From: Selaginella moellendorffii
Lineage: Eukaryota > Plantae > Lycopodiophyta
Direction of reading: 5' to 3'
Length of the DNA: 64,000 nt
Assembly: GCF_000143415.4 (NCBI RefSeq)
Contig: NW_003314306.1
Coordinates: 1,307,129-1,371,128, forward strand
In this document: one piece after another, positions 52,501 through 64,000 of the stretch
Layout: every line of letters starts with the position of its first letter
Numbering within the stretch: position 1 is the stretch's first letter
Translations under genes and position numbers: made by a program
The notes under the pieces: model-generated
Told to the model about the DNA's origin: nothing
The model's database searches: none
Seen by the model: only the letters and a program-made list of their open reading frames with translations

Positions 52501-53811
52501 GTATCCAACTGACGGTGACCAGGCGCCATTGGACCCACATGAGGCCGCCCCAGCCGCCGAGCCGGTCGTATCCTCATTTCCAATGGACTCAACGTGTGCC
52601 CAATCGTCTGACTACGCGCCGTTGGAACCTCCCTACACCGCCCCTGCTGCTTGTTCGGTCATGTCCACTTTGCCAACGGAGGCACCAGCTGAAATGGCGT
52701 GTGATCACACGCCATCGGAACCACCCCATGCCACTGTTGAGCCAGTTGTACCAGAGTCTACAGCTGAAATGGCATGTGCCCACACGCCATCGGATGCGAT
52801 TGACCCCACATTGCAGAGGAGAGTATTTCCGCCCTTCACGTTTCCTCGACCAAAACCCTCTCAACGACCATCGGGAGCAACATTCGCTAATATTGTAGAT
52901 GGTAAAATTGACTTGTACCATTTTTTATGCTGACGCATTTCATTTCGGAGTCACGGCGAAGGTACTGTATCGTTTTTGATCTGAACGGTGTCCTTTTCTC
53001 CCATGAGCGTGGCTCGTCCTCGAATGTCATTGCACCCTCCAAAGCCTGCGGTCGCAAGTTGGTCAAAAGAGACAGATTCACATTAATCACACGGGAGAAA
53101 CTGCGGGATCTAATAATGACCATGCGACACTTAAAACAGAGGGCCGGGTTCAATTTGCAATTGGGAGTTTGGACATCCATGATGCGCCACAATGCATTAA
53201 CGTTGCTACAGATGATGCACGATCAGACACGAGTAATATTACCATTTGACTTTCTTCTAACGCAGGAGGATTGCTTGACTATGGTCCATGTGAGGGGTAG
53301 CAAGCCCATCTTCGTCAAGCCAGAGGCTGTAGTGATGAACCGGACTGCTAGCTCAAGTGAAATCCTCATCATCGATGACTCGCCGATTAAAACTGCAGCG
53401 AACACGCACACATATGCAGTGCACCCCATCTCTTGCAGTATGGAAACTAGGGAGAAGAAACCGTATGTTCTGGGGGACCTTGCAAAACGGCTTGGAGCGA
53501 TGGTGATAGAGAACCGGCCAGTCCAGGAGGTGGCTGCAGAAATCAACCAAATGGCAGATGGAACGGTATATCAGAAGCCATTTGATCGGACAGACACCAG
53601 TCATCATTTATGGCATGTATATTGTCTAGCCAAGCACTATCCGCATCTCCATAATCTGCTCAACCGGATGGGTTCTTCGACCACTGAACATGAGCGTGGA
53701 CGTATTAGAGAAGAGATGGCATTACTATTGGGTTTAAATCCTGATAGTGTGGAGAGTGATGAAATTCCAAGATTATTGTATAGGCGTTGGAGGCAAAAAA
53801 TAACAGTCTGA
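49503..53811 (+). CDS. Transposon cargo gene, multi-exon: degenerate MTase-like Rossmann region, basic/acidic low-complexity linker, C-terminal FCP1/NIF-like HAD domain (5' end in the gap)
   Basis: Long ORFs 49523-51004, 51462-52052, 52295-52933 and 52927-53811 linked by ~50-nt GT-AG introns (49610-49663, 50988-51037, 51125-51180, 51253-51301, 51446-51492...). It may be two genes. Confidence 0.6.
52927..53811 (+). CDS. FCP1-homology (NIF) HAD-superfamily domain exon
   Basis: CIVFDLNGVL (motif I variant), GVWTSMMRHNA (motif II), QEDC..KPIFVK, ILIIDDSPIK (motif IV). Confidence 0.78.
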   Translation: MLTHFISESRRRYCIVFDLNGVLFSHERGSSSNVIAPSKACGRKLVKRDRFTLITREKLRDLIMTMRHLKQRAGFNLQLGVWTSMMRHNALTLLQMMHDQTRVILPFDFLLTQEDCLTMVHVRGSKPIFVKPEAVVMNRTASSSEILIIDDSPIKTAANTHTYAVHPISCSMETREKKPYVLGDLAKRLGAMVIENRPVQEVAAEINQMADGTVYQKPFDRTDTSHHLWHVYCLAKHYPHLHNLLNRMGSSTTEHERGRIREEMALLLGLNPDSVESDEIPRLLYRRWRQKITV

Positions 53812-55339
53812 GATGGCATGTATTTATTTAAAAATGTAACTTATTATGGCATGGTGTTCCATGCAATTGTATTAATATTAAAAGACAATTCTTTGAGAGG
53901 ATTTGCATTATACTAGAAGTGTTACAGCATGTTATTGGAAGTCTACGAAGTTGTTTTATTAATAATGGGAAAGTAAAGATTGAATGGGGACTTGGGCTCC
54001 ACCTAGACTCGGAGCAACTGAGCCAATATTAAAAGGATGGAAAGAAATTGGACGACGATGACAAGGAGAAGAGAGAGGTGAAGCAGTGGCAGGGGGAGGA
54101 GAAGTGATTGAGTAGACATTTCCTTGTTTAAAATAAAATGGCATGTGCCTCAATGCAGTTGAATTTTGTTATATTTATATACTATATAAAGGTTTGGAAA
54201 CCTTATTTTACAAGTGGGATAATGACAATTCCCACTTTAACGAAATAGAGCTTATGCCTAGAGATATGGAGAACACCCTTTCCCAATGTCCCTTCCTTAG
54301 TCCCCGGTAAGTCCTTTTCTATTCATGGCCATGGTCACTAATATTGCCACTGGGTCAAGGCTTAAAAGCCCAATCACTAAGTCCACATTTGGGACTTCCT
54401 CACCATATGACCATATCCTTGGTCATTATATAAGAAGATTACTCTTTTTCTTTTCCATAATCCAGGGTTTTAGGATAACATTTTGGAACACTATAGCCCT
54501 ATACAAGCCTCACCCACTTTCTGCCCTTAGGTGCCCTAGCCATGTGGCTAAAGCGAGGTTCCGATAAGCCACACCAAATATCCAAGTAGGTACCCACACT
54601 TGGATTGGGCAGAATCCACACTAAGGAAATGTATCTCTCTCATAAACAATTGACAATTTTTCAGCTTGACCTTAAGGCTTGAATTCTGAAGTCTCTAGAC
54701 AACTCTCTACAGGTCATCTATATGCAATTCAATCCTTGTGGAATAGATGTTGATGTCTTCTATATACACTAGTGATGATTCCTAGAGGAGTGAGCCAAGC
54801 ACCTAATCCATTAAGTGTTGAAAAGTTGCACTTGTTGCCTAGACCAAACGGCATGGATCTAAATTAGTAGAGGTCATCATGATGTCTCTCTTTATCCTCT
54901 CTTTTTTAGGCACTTGCCAAAAGCTTAAGGCAAGATCCAAAGAACTAAAAACTTTCTCACCAGCTAACTAGTCTAGCATGTCATCAATCCTTGGGAGAGG
55001 TAGACATCTCTCTTAGTCACAAAATTTAGGTGTCGATTGTCCATATAAAACTTAGTGCTTTCATTCTTTTTTTCAACTATCACCCTTGTTCTTATTTTAG
55101 ACCTAAATTTAAGAGAGGAGGAGAGCAATTGCTATTGATACATACTTCCTTGACTATGCCTCTACTTCAAAGTAAGTGTTGCTTGATCAACCTGTCAAAG
55201 CTTGTGTTTGATCCCTTGTCATAAGAGACTTGTCTTCTAAGGGTTTAGATTCCTAGTACTCCTGAAGTCCTCATTGACTCCTCTCAGTTTTTTCTTGAGC
55301 TTAGATAAGTATTCAATTGATCCCTTGATATATATGACT

Positions 55340-55830
55340 GGAATCACTTTAGATCGCTGAATATCAATTGTGACATTCTGTAGCATATGTGATTATAGGA
55401 TGAGATTTGGATATACTGTCATTGTGAATCCTTGGAACCTTGAGGGATAAATGGGGATAAAATACCTATTAAGGGCTCTCTCATAAAAAAATTGCCTCTT
55501 TTGCAGTTCATATGGTATCAGAGTAAATGGCACAAGTTCAATTCCCATTGATTAGTGGCTACTTAAAATATAATATACTTTTGAGCAAGGTATATTCCTA
55601 CTCCTAAAAATTGAAATAGTATGTATTAGGCATCAACGGACAAAGGTATCCACCATGGGATTGTAGTATGGGTGGATGATTAATTGCCTCACATGAAATA
55701 ATCAGTCATGCTAATGCGAAAATGGAGGTGTTAGTTCCTCTTGGTTCAGTAGGGGTTGTTAGTCAATAGTCAATAAAGACATTGACATTAGACATTAACA
55801 TCTCTAAAGGGGTGGTGAGTGTAGTGCATA
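55340..55830 (+). mobile_element. LTR-retrotransposon 5' internal fragment with tRNA-Met PBS (TGGTATCAGAG, ~55513)
   Basis: Inverted homolog at ~58830-59265; partial copy at ~31915-32030. Confidence 0.6.
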
Positions 55831-58800
55831 TGATCTAAAGGGATGAGATTTAAATATATTGTCACCATGGATCTTTAGAAATAACCACTAAAATCTCTCT
55901 CTCACTAAGCAATTATCTATTTTCCAATTGATTTAAGCAAAAAAATATCCTCACATACTACCTAAGCAATTGGATTGCCCTTCTGTCAAAATCTTACTTA
56001 GAGTATAGTTCACTAGTAGTATCATAGGCTTGTCACCATATGTTGAAAACCAAGTATGGCATTCACTATCACCAAGTCACACTTCAAGGCCCAATATAAA
56101 GAGATAATATATATAATTTTTCCAAGTGAAAAGCATATGTGTCCATTAGTTGGTATTAGCACTTGTTAGATCAACTTGAAGATACCTTAGCCTATGAACC
56201 CATTTGAGGGAATGGTGGTAACTCATATTTAATACCAAATTATCAACTCTATCCAACTTGATAGCCTAATGACAGCTTTTGCTATAGGATCTCAATATTA
56301 GAGCAATAAATGTACCATTCTCAAGCTCTCTTTATGAGAACCCATCCTCAATTGGTGAGAACTCCTCAGACTTGGTCACACAATGAAATGCATTGGAATG
56401 CTCTCCCTTCAATAGGCCTATTGTATTGTGAGATACTTGAGGTTCTCGGAAGTGAAGTTTTGAAAGGGATAGCTCTCTCCATAATGTTAATTGGCTTTCT
56501 TCAATCTGCAATCTCCCACATATGCCAATGAAGGCACTAATTCATAATCAAGAGAGTTGTTTCCCACTTAGTGACCAGACATGAGACTATAGCATCTACT
56601 TTGCCAACTCTCAAAAAGAGTTTGACTGGGTATAAAGTTCATCATTGGCCATCTTGAGTTGAACATGGGTGTATGGCACTATAGCTCTTGCTTTTCACAC
56701 CTAAGACTTGGGTACTATTGTGACGTCATAGCCTATGTCCACAACTACCACCACCTTTGATCAATTTTGCATCATCAGCCATACCATGACTATCACTTCC
56801 ATTTCTATATCTGGCAATGGCAGAAAATAGATATAGAGTTGATTAGTTAAGTCCACCAATGGTTTCATCAGGGTTTTTCACCAAGCTTCCAGCCTAAACA
56901 TAGCATTCAATTTAAAGACTTTGAATTTCTTTATGAGCAACTCCTTACATTCCTTCTTCAAATCAAATAACATCATGCAGTCTTTTTGACTCTAGCCCTC
57001 CTTGCCATATTCACAACGTTTTGCATACATTCCGAAATGACAGTATGCCAGACTCTATTAGTTCTGCCACTAAACCCTGGATGAACTACAATGGGACCCG
57101 GCAGAGTGGGAATGAAAGGATACATGCAAAGGGTTCTTTCAATATGAGACCAAGCTCGGCTAACAAATGACTTGCCCCTTGGCTCATTCCACTTTTATTC
57201 AAAAAGCAAGAGCCCAATAGGTCCTCCCCCAGAACCACTCACAGTGTGTGAACAAAGTTTGAAAAGGCCGCTGGTCTGCCAAAAATTGCTATTTCATATG
57301 GCTAGCCCAACAAGAATGACTCCCCTCACTCATGGCAATACACCTCCCGAACACAGCGTGCAATGTTTGTGGAGAAAAAGAGACATAGTGACATATATTA
57401 TGGGAATGCTCAACAGTACAGGGAGTCTGGGAGGGAGCCATAGTAATCCTCAAGCAAACCTTGCAAGGAGGCACGGCTGTCACCTATGAATCCACACTCT
57501 GGGGCAGCTTCCTCCAAAGAAAGATCAAACACTTAGACACCTAGAAATGGAAGCATAATGAACATCCCCATTTTGACCAACTCAATTGAACACGCACTCA
57601 TCTCACATATTTCCATTAGGAACTCTTTGATGTTCTCAAGGGATGAACTCTAGTAGAGATTTGGAAGGCCCACTATGCCAAGATGTTCAATGACAAGAAC
57701 CTCTCAACTCGGGCAACAATCTCAAGGGTTTGGTCATGATTGATCATTGCATTGGCATCTAAAGTGGACATGCTAATGAAAAGAGGGAACGAAGGAAAAA
57801 TTGCTCAGGAATGCATTCTTTGGTCATTCTTTAGACACATAAGTGAGGCTGGTGAAGATGAATGGACATGAAAACCACCATTATAGCTCTGGCACCACTT
57901 GTCCAGGAGTGATGGAACGTGTACCTCCCTGAGTCCCATGAACTCCTCACCAGGAACTTCGACCATATGAACCACGACAGACACGGACTCAAGCTTCAGT
58001 TTGGCTTTGGCCCCCTCACCACCCCATCTACTCTTTTCTAGTTTCAAGCATATCAAAATTGGACTTTATGGTTTTTTAGAGAATAAATAAGTAAAACCTA
58101 ATTGACAATGTTTTGCATACTATGATGTTCAAAGGCAAAAAATTGTTGGTCTCGACAACTAGGATATGACCGAGTAGAGAGGAGGGGATGGGAGGGAAAG
58201 CAGACACATGGCAAAACAAAATGGGAGGGATGGATCAAAGCAAGAATTTCGAGGCAACGGCTAGGCAGTGGATAAATGGTAATCCTGGCAATTCAACACC
58301 AAATCTAGTGAAGTTAGGAAAGGCAATGGGCTCAAGAAATCTAAGGCATGATGTGAATGAGGGGAAAAAGGGAATAAATGCTAGTATCTCGGTAAATTAG
58401 CAAAATGATGATGATAGAGATGATGACATCATCATCTTACACACAGGTATTAAAGTAGTTGGACCTGTCACTGTTGGAAAAGAGGGGAAGAAGGATGGAA
58501 TGACACATGGCAGTGCATGGGAAAAGACGTGCATGAAATCTAAAGAAGGGATGCACGGCAACATGGCATTTGAGGAGAAGCTGAGGAATCCAAGAGACTC
58601 ATCATGTGGATGGACAAACAAAGGAGGAGAAAAACATGGAAAAGAGGGTATCAAATTAGGAAACAATGCTTGGCATCCAAAGTCAGCACTATTTAAAGAG
58701 GACTTGTCCATTCAGAGGGCATTGAGACGAGAGATAGTAAAAAGACAAAAACAAGGGTATGAATGTAGTGTACCTTATCTCTCTCCTATTAACCCTATTG

Positions 58801-59249
58801 GATAAAGGGCAATTGCTTGATGAAAGAGCTGGCTATTTTATTCCTATTTATTCCCTAAGGTTCTAAGGATCCAAGGTCACAATATATTCAAATCTCATCC
58901 CATGATCACATATGCCACACTCACCCCCCCTCCCCTAGAAATATCAATGTCTTTATTGACTATTGACTAACAACCTTTACTGAACCAAGGGGAACCAACA
59001 CTTTGCACCAAATTTACTAATCCTTTTATTGTGTAGACCAGTTATTCCATGTGAGGCAATTAGTCATTCACCCGTACCACAGTCTTATGGTGGATACTTT
59101 CATCTGCGGATACTCCACCAAAAGGAAGGACATACCCATAGTTGCCCAATATGTATGATTTCAAATTTAGGAGTAGGAATATACCTTACTTAAGGGTATA
59201 TTATATTTTTAAGTAGCCACTAATCAATAAAAATTGAACCCCGTGCCAT

Positions 59250-60352
59250 TTGCTCTGATACTACATATGTGGTTTTTACCCTTTACCCTATGGTGATTTA
59301 CCATAAGATAACCACATAGCGAAACTTAAGCCCTCCATGTGCCACATGTTATATTCCATGTGCCACATACCATATGTCCCAAGAATAGTAAAGTGGAACC
59401 CGAGCTTCAGAGCCTTGGGCCACTGAACGAAGGAACAAAGTTAAATTCCCAAGCATGGAGCCAAAAAGAAAAGAAACCGAAGCACAGAGCAACTCTTGAG
59501 TGTACAACCCAAGGAGCAAAGGGACTGGAGCACGAAGTGACTTGGAATAATCCTAGAACATCAATGCCAGAACTAGTATGCAAAATGGAGCCAAATAGAG
59601 TTTAGCACTATTTCAACATACCGTTGGCTTAACGTGAGGATATAGGTATTCCACCAAGTAGCATAATATGAAACTTGGGTTTAAACCCAAGCTAAACATA
59701 AGACAAGGATAAGCACACAAGCTAGAATTAGACTATGCCTTAGGTTAGTAGGTAGTAGGCCCCCACCTGCCCCCCACTTTAGAAATGCACACTTTGGGCT
59801 CACCCTTAACCATCTTTAGTACTAGGAGTTAGTCCTTGGGACTAACTCAAAACTGATTAAATATGGAATAGTGCTAGATTGCAAATTTGGACATGGGACA
59901 AATACTATTGTGTTTAGGATAATTTCTACATTCCATAGATATCAAATTAGCAAATCTAGACATTTTCTATAAATAGCAATTGAGACTAAATTGAACTAAT
60001 ATGAAGTGCATGATAGCAAGGGTGTTTAGCAAACATAGTAAGCTATCATCCAGCGATATTGAGAGATTAATCTCAATATGCAAGGGTTCTTGTCAAGCTA
60101 ATGCAAAACAAAGCAAAAGAGAACTAAAAGCTAAATTGAGTATGCTTAGCTAGAAACACATAACCTTATGTCCATCTAGCTAAGTATAGATGCTAAGCCC
60201 AATTTACTAACATTTGAACAAGAGGGACTAATAAAAGTTTTAGCAATACCAATCTCCTACTATCGTGGTAGTAAGGAAAGAATATCCAAAAGGATTAGCC
60301 AACAAATAACTTTTGATACCGAAAATCACATTTGCAACACTCTCCCCCCCTT
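59250..60352 (-). mobile_element. LTR (59268-60339) flanked by PPT (60340-60352) and PBS (~59250-59265)
   Basis: The minus strand reads GGGGGGGAGAG-TGTTG...CACA-TA-TGTAGTATCAGAGC; similar to 42980-44078. Confidence 0.65.
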
Positions 60353-61689
60353 AGGGAAGATTGACATTCTCGTCAATGCATACTTTAATTTAGAACATTG
60401 CCAAGGAAACAACTCTAGAAAAAGTTTACAGTATTCACACTTTATGAAAAATACACTAACTTAAATGAGTTAGGGTAACTTCTTTGTCTAATGCGAATGT
60501 GCTACCAACTCAAATACCTTTCAACCATTACTGACAAGGAAATAACCAATGGAGTCAACTACCCTTGCTACTCTAGGTGTTACATAGCTTACAAAATTGT
60601 GATATGCCCCTACCCACAGGGATATAGAGAGAGAAGCCAGAGGCCTCAACTTTCTTAAGAAAAGAAACCAAACCCGTCAGTAAGGTTTAGATAGACTATT
60701 ATAAACATGCAGTTAAAGTTATTTACATAGTCACACCCTTTTAAATGAAATAAAGAACATCAAGAGAGAGGCGAGTGATGTGACTAGTTTACAATAACTA
60801 CCCTATAACTAAAGATTTCACCATACACGTGCCGAAGCCAGTCTGCCTATACTAGCCCAAACTTAAAGATCAATAAATGGACAATATCAAAGTCACAGAC
60901 AATGATATATTAGAGACATTATTATTAGTGAATAAAGCTTAGATTAGAACACAAAAGTTTTCTAAGTAAATTATCATTTGATAAACTAGTATTAGAGTAT
61001 AGAAACCACAAAAATTGTTATAATTGGAAACTATAAGATTCACTATCCAACAAAATTCAATAGTCAGTATATCATTAAGAAAACTCAATGATAAAACTTA
61101 ACTATCAAAGATTGTAGATAGTATGCTAAACAATTTATATAAGATAACTCAAAGAACCCAAAGTATTATCGACTGACAAACAAAAATGCTCACAAATGTA
61201 TCATCCAAAGGAAATAACATCTATCCTATCAAAACCAACTATAACAACAATTAGTAAAATAGAATGAATGTTGTGAAGTAAATAAACACTTGTTCATACT
61301 AATTATTGTAACAGCCAATTTGAATAAATCTTAGTCAACCATACTAAAGAACTTAAGTTCCTTAAGCAAGTGTTAGCAACATCCTAACAATATTTCAAAC
61401 CCAAGAGACCAATCCAGAGCAAACCACAAAGAATATGTGGTAATGCAAAAAAACCAAAAGCTATCAAAAAAAATAATTAACTATCATAAAAGATCATCAA
61501 TCATTCCATTAATGAAGAGATGCATAATCATTGTCAAAAAAATAATCTACCATCTCAAAGAATGGTAAATCATTCTCAATTAATATATAAATGACTAAAT
61601 TTTCCATTTTACTTTAGTCACTTAACTACACCTCTGACCACTTAGAGGAGTCTCACTTATAATCTTTATAAGTCTTATTCTAGACTTAG

Positions 61690-63049
61690 GGACTTGCTAG
61701 CCCCAAGAATGGTATCCATGCCACTCAACCTTTGCACTTGGTCCAAGTGGTCCATATGTCCAATCCCATGACTGACACTCAAAGGTACCACCAACATATT
61801 AGCCCGTTATACTAAAATTATGCCCATTCACTTTGTCACATTAGAGATCCAACACCACCTACATTATAATCCCATCTTTCAAAGACTGGAACATCCATCC
61901 ATGAGTGATCATCCTAAATCTACTCCTTAGCATCCTTAAGATGCTTGGAGATATAGGGAACAACCTCCCCCAATATCCCTTTTTTGATCCCCACTAAGTT
62001 CTTTTCTGTTTATGGTCGTGTTCGCCAACACTGCCACCTGGTCAAGGCCCACAGACCTGACCACTAAATCCCACTGTCCTTTAGAACTTCCTCACTATGT
62101 GACCATATTCTTGGTCACTACACTAGATGACTGTTCCTCTACTGTTCCATAGTTTAGGACTTTAGGACAATATTTTGGAACACTATACCCCTACACGAGC
62201 TTCATGGGTACTCTCCCCACTTTTCGCCTTTGAGTGCTCTAGCCATAGGGCTAGAGCAAGGTTCTATTGAGCTACGCCAAATATCCAAGTAGGTAGTGCC
62301 ACCCACACTTGAACTAGGAGTATCAACCATTTGATCTCCCAAGGGAGCTAGAGCCAACTCTTGAATACTTCCCCAAACTACCCCACTTATTTATTTGTAT
62401 TCACTCTAGCTTTGGACTCTTTAGTGGATATATTATCACCCAACACTCCATTTCAGACTCCATCTCAAACTCCATCTCAAACTCCATCTCAGACTCTATC
62501 TTGGATCCATTTTAGACTCCATCTCAAACTCCATCTCAGACTCTATCTTGGATCCATTTCAGACTCCATCTCGGGTCCATCTCGAACACCATTTTGGACT
62601 CTATCTCAGGTCCATCTCGGACTTCATCTCAGGTCCATTTCAGACTCCATTTCGGACTCCATCTTGGACTCCATCTCGGATCCATCTTGGACTCCATCTC
62701 CGACTCCATCTCGGCTCCATCTCGGATCCATCTCAGACTTTATCTCGGATTCATCTCAAACTCCATCTCAGACTCCATCTTAGGTTTATCTTGGACTCCA
62801 TCTTGGGTCCATCTCAACACTTCTATGAGTCATGTGTTGGTCCTTTTATATCCCTTTTCTAGAGACTCATTTATTGCTTGCTTTGAGCTCGTTCTTTGAG
62901 CCCTTCATTGGGAGTTCCACTCTTGCTTTTGACTTTTCAAGTTAGAGCTTTTAGTCCGAATGTGTTACACTCGTTTGGCTTTCGCTTCGGCCACTACCAC
63001 ATGGCACCCTTTTAGCTCCATTTTGGGGTTTAGGAATTTGTGTCTCACA
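61690..63049 (-). mobile_element. LTR-like repeat with 12-bp tandem array (62445-62820); same family as 385-1062 and the host of the 44295-54253 transposon
   Basis: 61731-62320 matches 44079-44294 joined to 54254-54610; (ACTCCATCTCAG) array. Confidence 0.7.
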
Positions 63050-64000
63050 CAAGAATAATCAAGTAAAACCTTTGACAAGGATAATTAACTATCCTAGATG
63101 ATAGTCAATTATCACCAATGATTGCCAGATGCAAAAACTAACGTCAACATTGAAACTAATGAGCCAAAATATCTTCCCTAACAACTCCTAACAAATGGAA
63201 CAATGAATAAAAAACTTAAAGAATTAAAAGCTCAAAGAAACCTATAACCAGGTCTCTCATAATAATGATCACAAATCTTGCACAAATTAACTTCAATGCC
63301 AAAGAAGAAATCATGGTACAACCGACAACATCTTTCTCAATACATCCATAACCTTCATAATACCAAAGCTAATGAAAAACATGTCTGCATCAATCTAAAG
63401 AACTAGCACAACAAAGTTATAATCAACAAGTGATCATCAAATGATCCTTTATGAATCCATTTTCTATAGAAAACATAACTCACTTCATAATAAGTATAAG
63501 AAGAATCATTGATAATTGATATATTCCCAATTCAAATCCAACAAGAATTACCAACTTCAATATCAATCAGTAACTCTTCTTTTTATAAAGTTAGTATAGT
63601 CCACGATTAAATCACATTTCAAGGAAAAGCCAAAAACTCAACCCCTACTAAACAATCTCGTTTAAAACATAACTAACTCAAACTTGCCACTCAACTCGTT
63701 TGAATGCCAATATAGTTGCAATTAGTAAATGCATGAATGTTAATAACACAAAACTACAGCTAAATCATCAACACTATCTTCATCAAGACTAATGAAACTT
63801 AATATTAATCCTAAAGAGAAACATCTCATCCCACTTGAATCTCAACAACAATAATATCAACAACAAGGCATCACTTTAATACTATCAACACTAGAATAAA
63901 GCTAAAAGAAAGCAAGAATGAATCACCACTCAAAGTATTCTAATAACCAAGCTAGCCAAAGTCAAAGATACTTTAGTCAATATCTAAGACCAATTCCTTC

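Larger units (their letters stand above)
44295..54253. mobile_element. ~10-kb TIR DNA transposon (Sola-like), 24-bp TIRs, 4-bp TSD ATGC
   Basis: AAGCTCTATTTCGTTAAAGTGGGA at 44295-44318 and its exact reverse complement at 54230-54253; ATGC at 44291-44294 and 54254-54257. The empty paralog at 61921-61960 has a single ATGC. Confidence 0.93.

Noticed and set aside
44837-54155. Dispersed palindromes as a CRISPR-like repeat-spacer array
   Set aside because: Spacing is irregular (tens to thousands of bp), the intervening DNA is exonic, and there are no cas-like genes.
56300-58800. Short ORFs as host genes
   Set aside because: Fragmented by stops, no recognisable motif, and lying between retroelement segments.
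62445-62820. 12-bp arrays (also 620-830) as a CRISPR array or as Ser/Thr/Pro-rich genes
   Set aside because: Contiguous degenerate tandem units with no unique spacers, in a eukaryotic LTR-like repeat. The ORFs arise because the 12-bp unit lacks stops.

Overview
Eukaryotic plant nuclear DNA with GT-AG introns, very short introns and two 100-N gaps. The gene repertoire and compact introns suggest a non-seed plant such as the lycophyte Selaginella (inference). About 1-11 kb is gene-dense. It holds a secreted 6-Cys peptide and its inverted decayed paralog, a frameshifted Borealin-related gene, a PPR gene, an 8-motif CLE-like precursor, two tRNA-Thr(UGU) copies, SKP1, a DCD/NRP gene with no visible AUG, and tRNA-Pro(AGG). 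The rest is mostly nested repeats. These include a decayed short-LTR gypsy element (15.3-19.0 kb), a spliced P-loop NTPase + restriction-endonuclease-like gene of Crinkler type (28.3-31.0 kb), and a young chromodomain Ty3/gypsy element (33928-39501) whose PBS is complementary to its own LTR (Tf1-like self-priming) and which has a -1 frameshift pseudoknot. The most striking element is a ~10-kb DNA transposon (44295-54253; perfect 24-bp TIRs; 4-bp ATGC TSD supported by an empty paralogous site). It encodes a Sola-like DDD transposase and, divergently, a spliced cargo gene with a degenerate DNA-methyltransferase-like fold and an FCP1-like HAD domain. A ~20-bp palindrome is repeated about 10 times through its introns and non-coding DNA.
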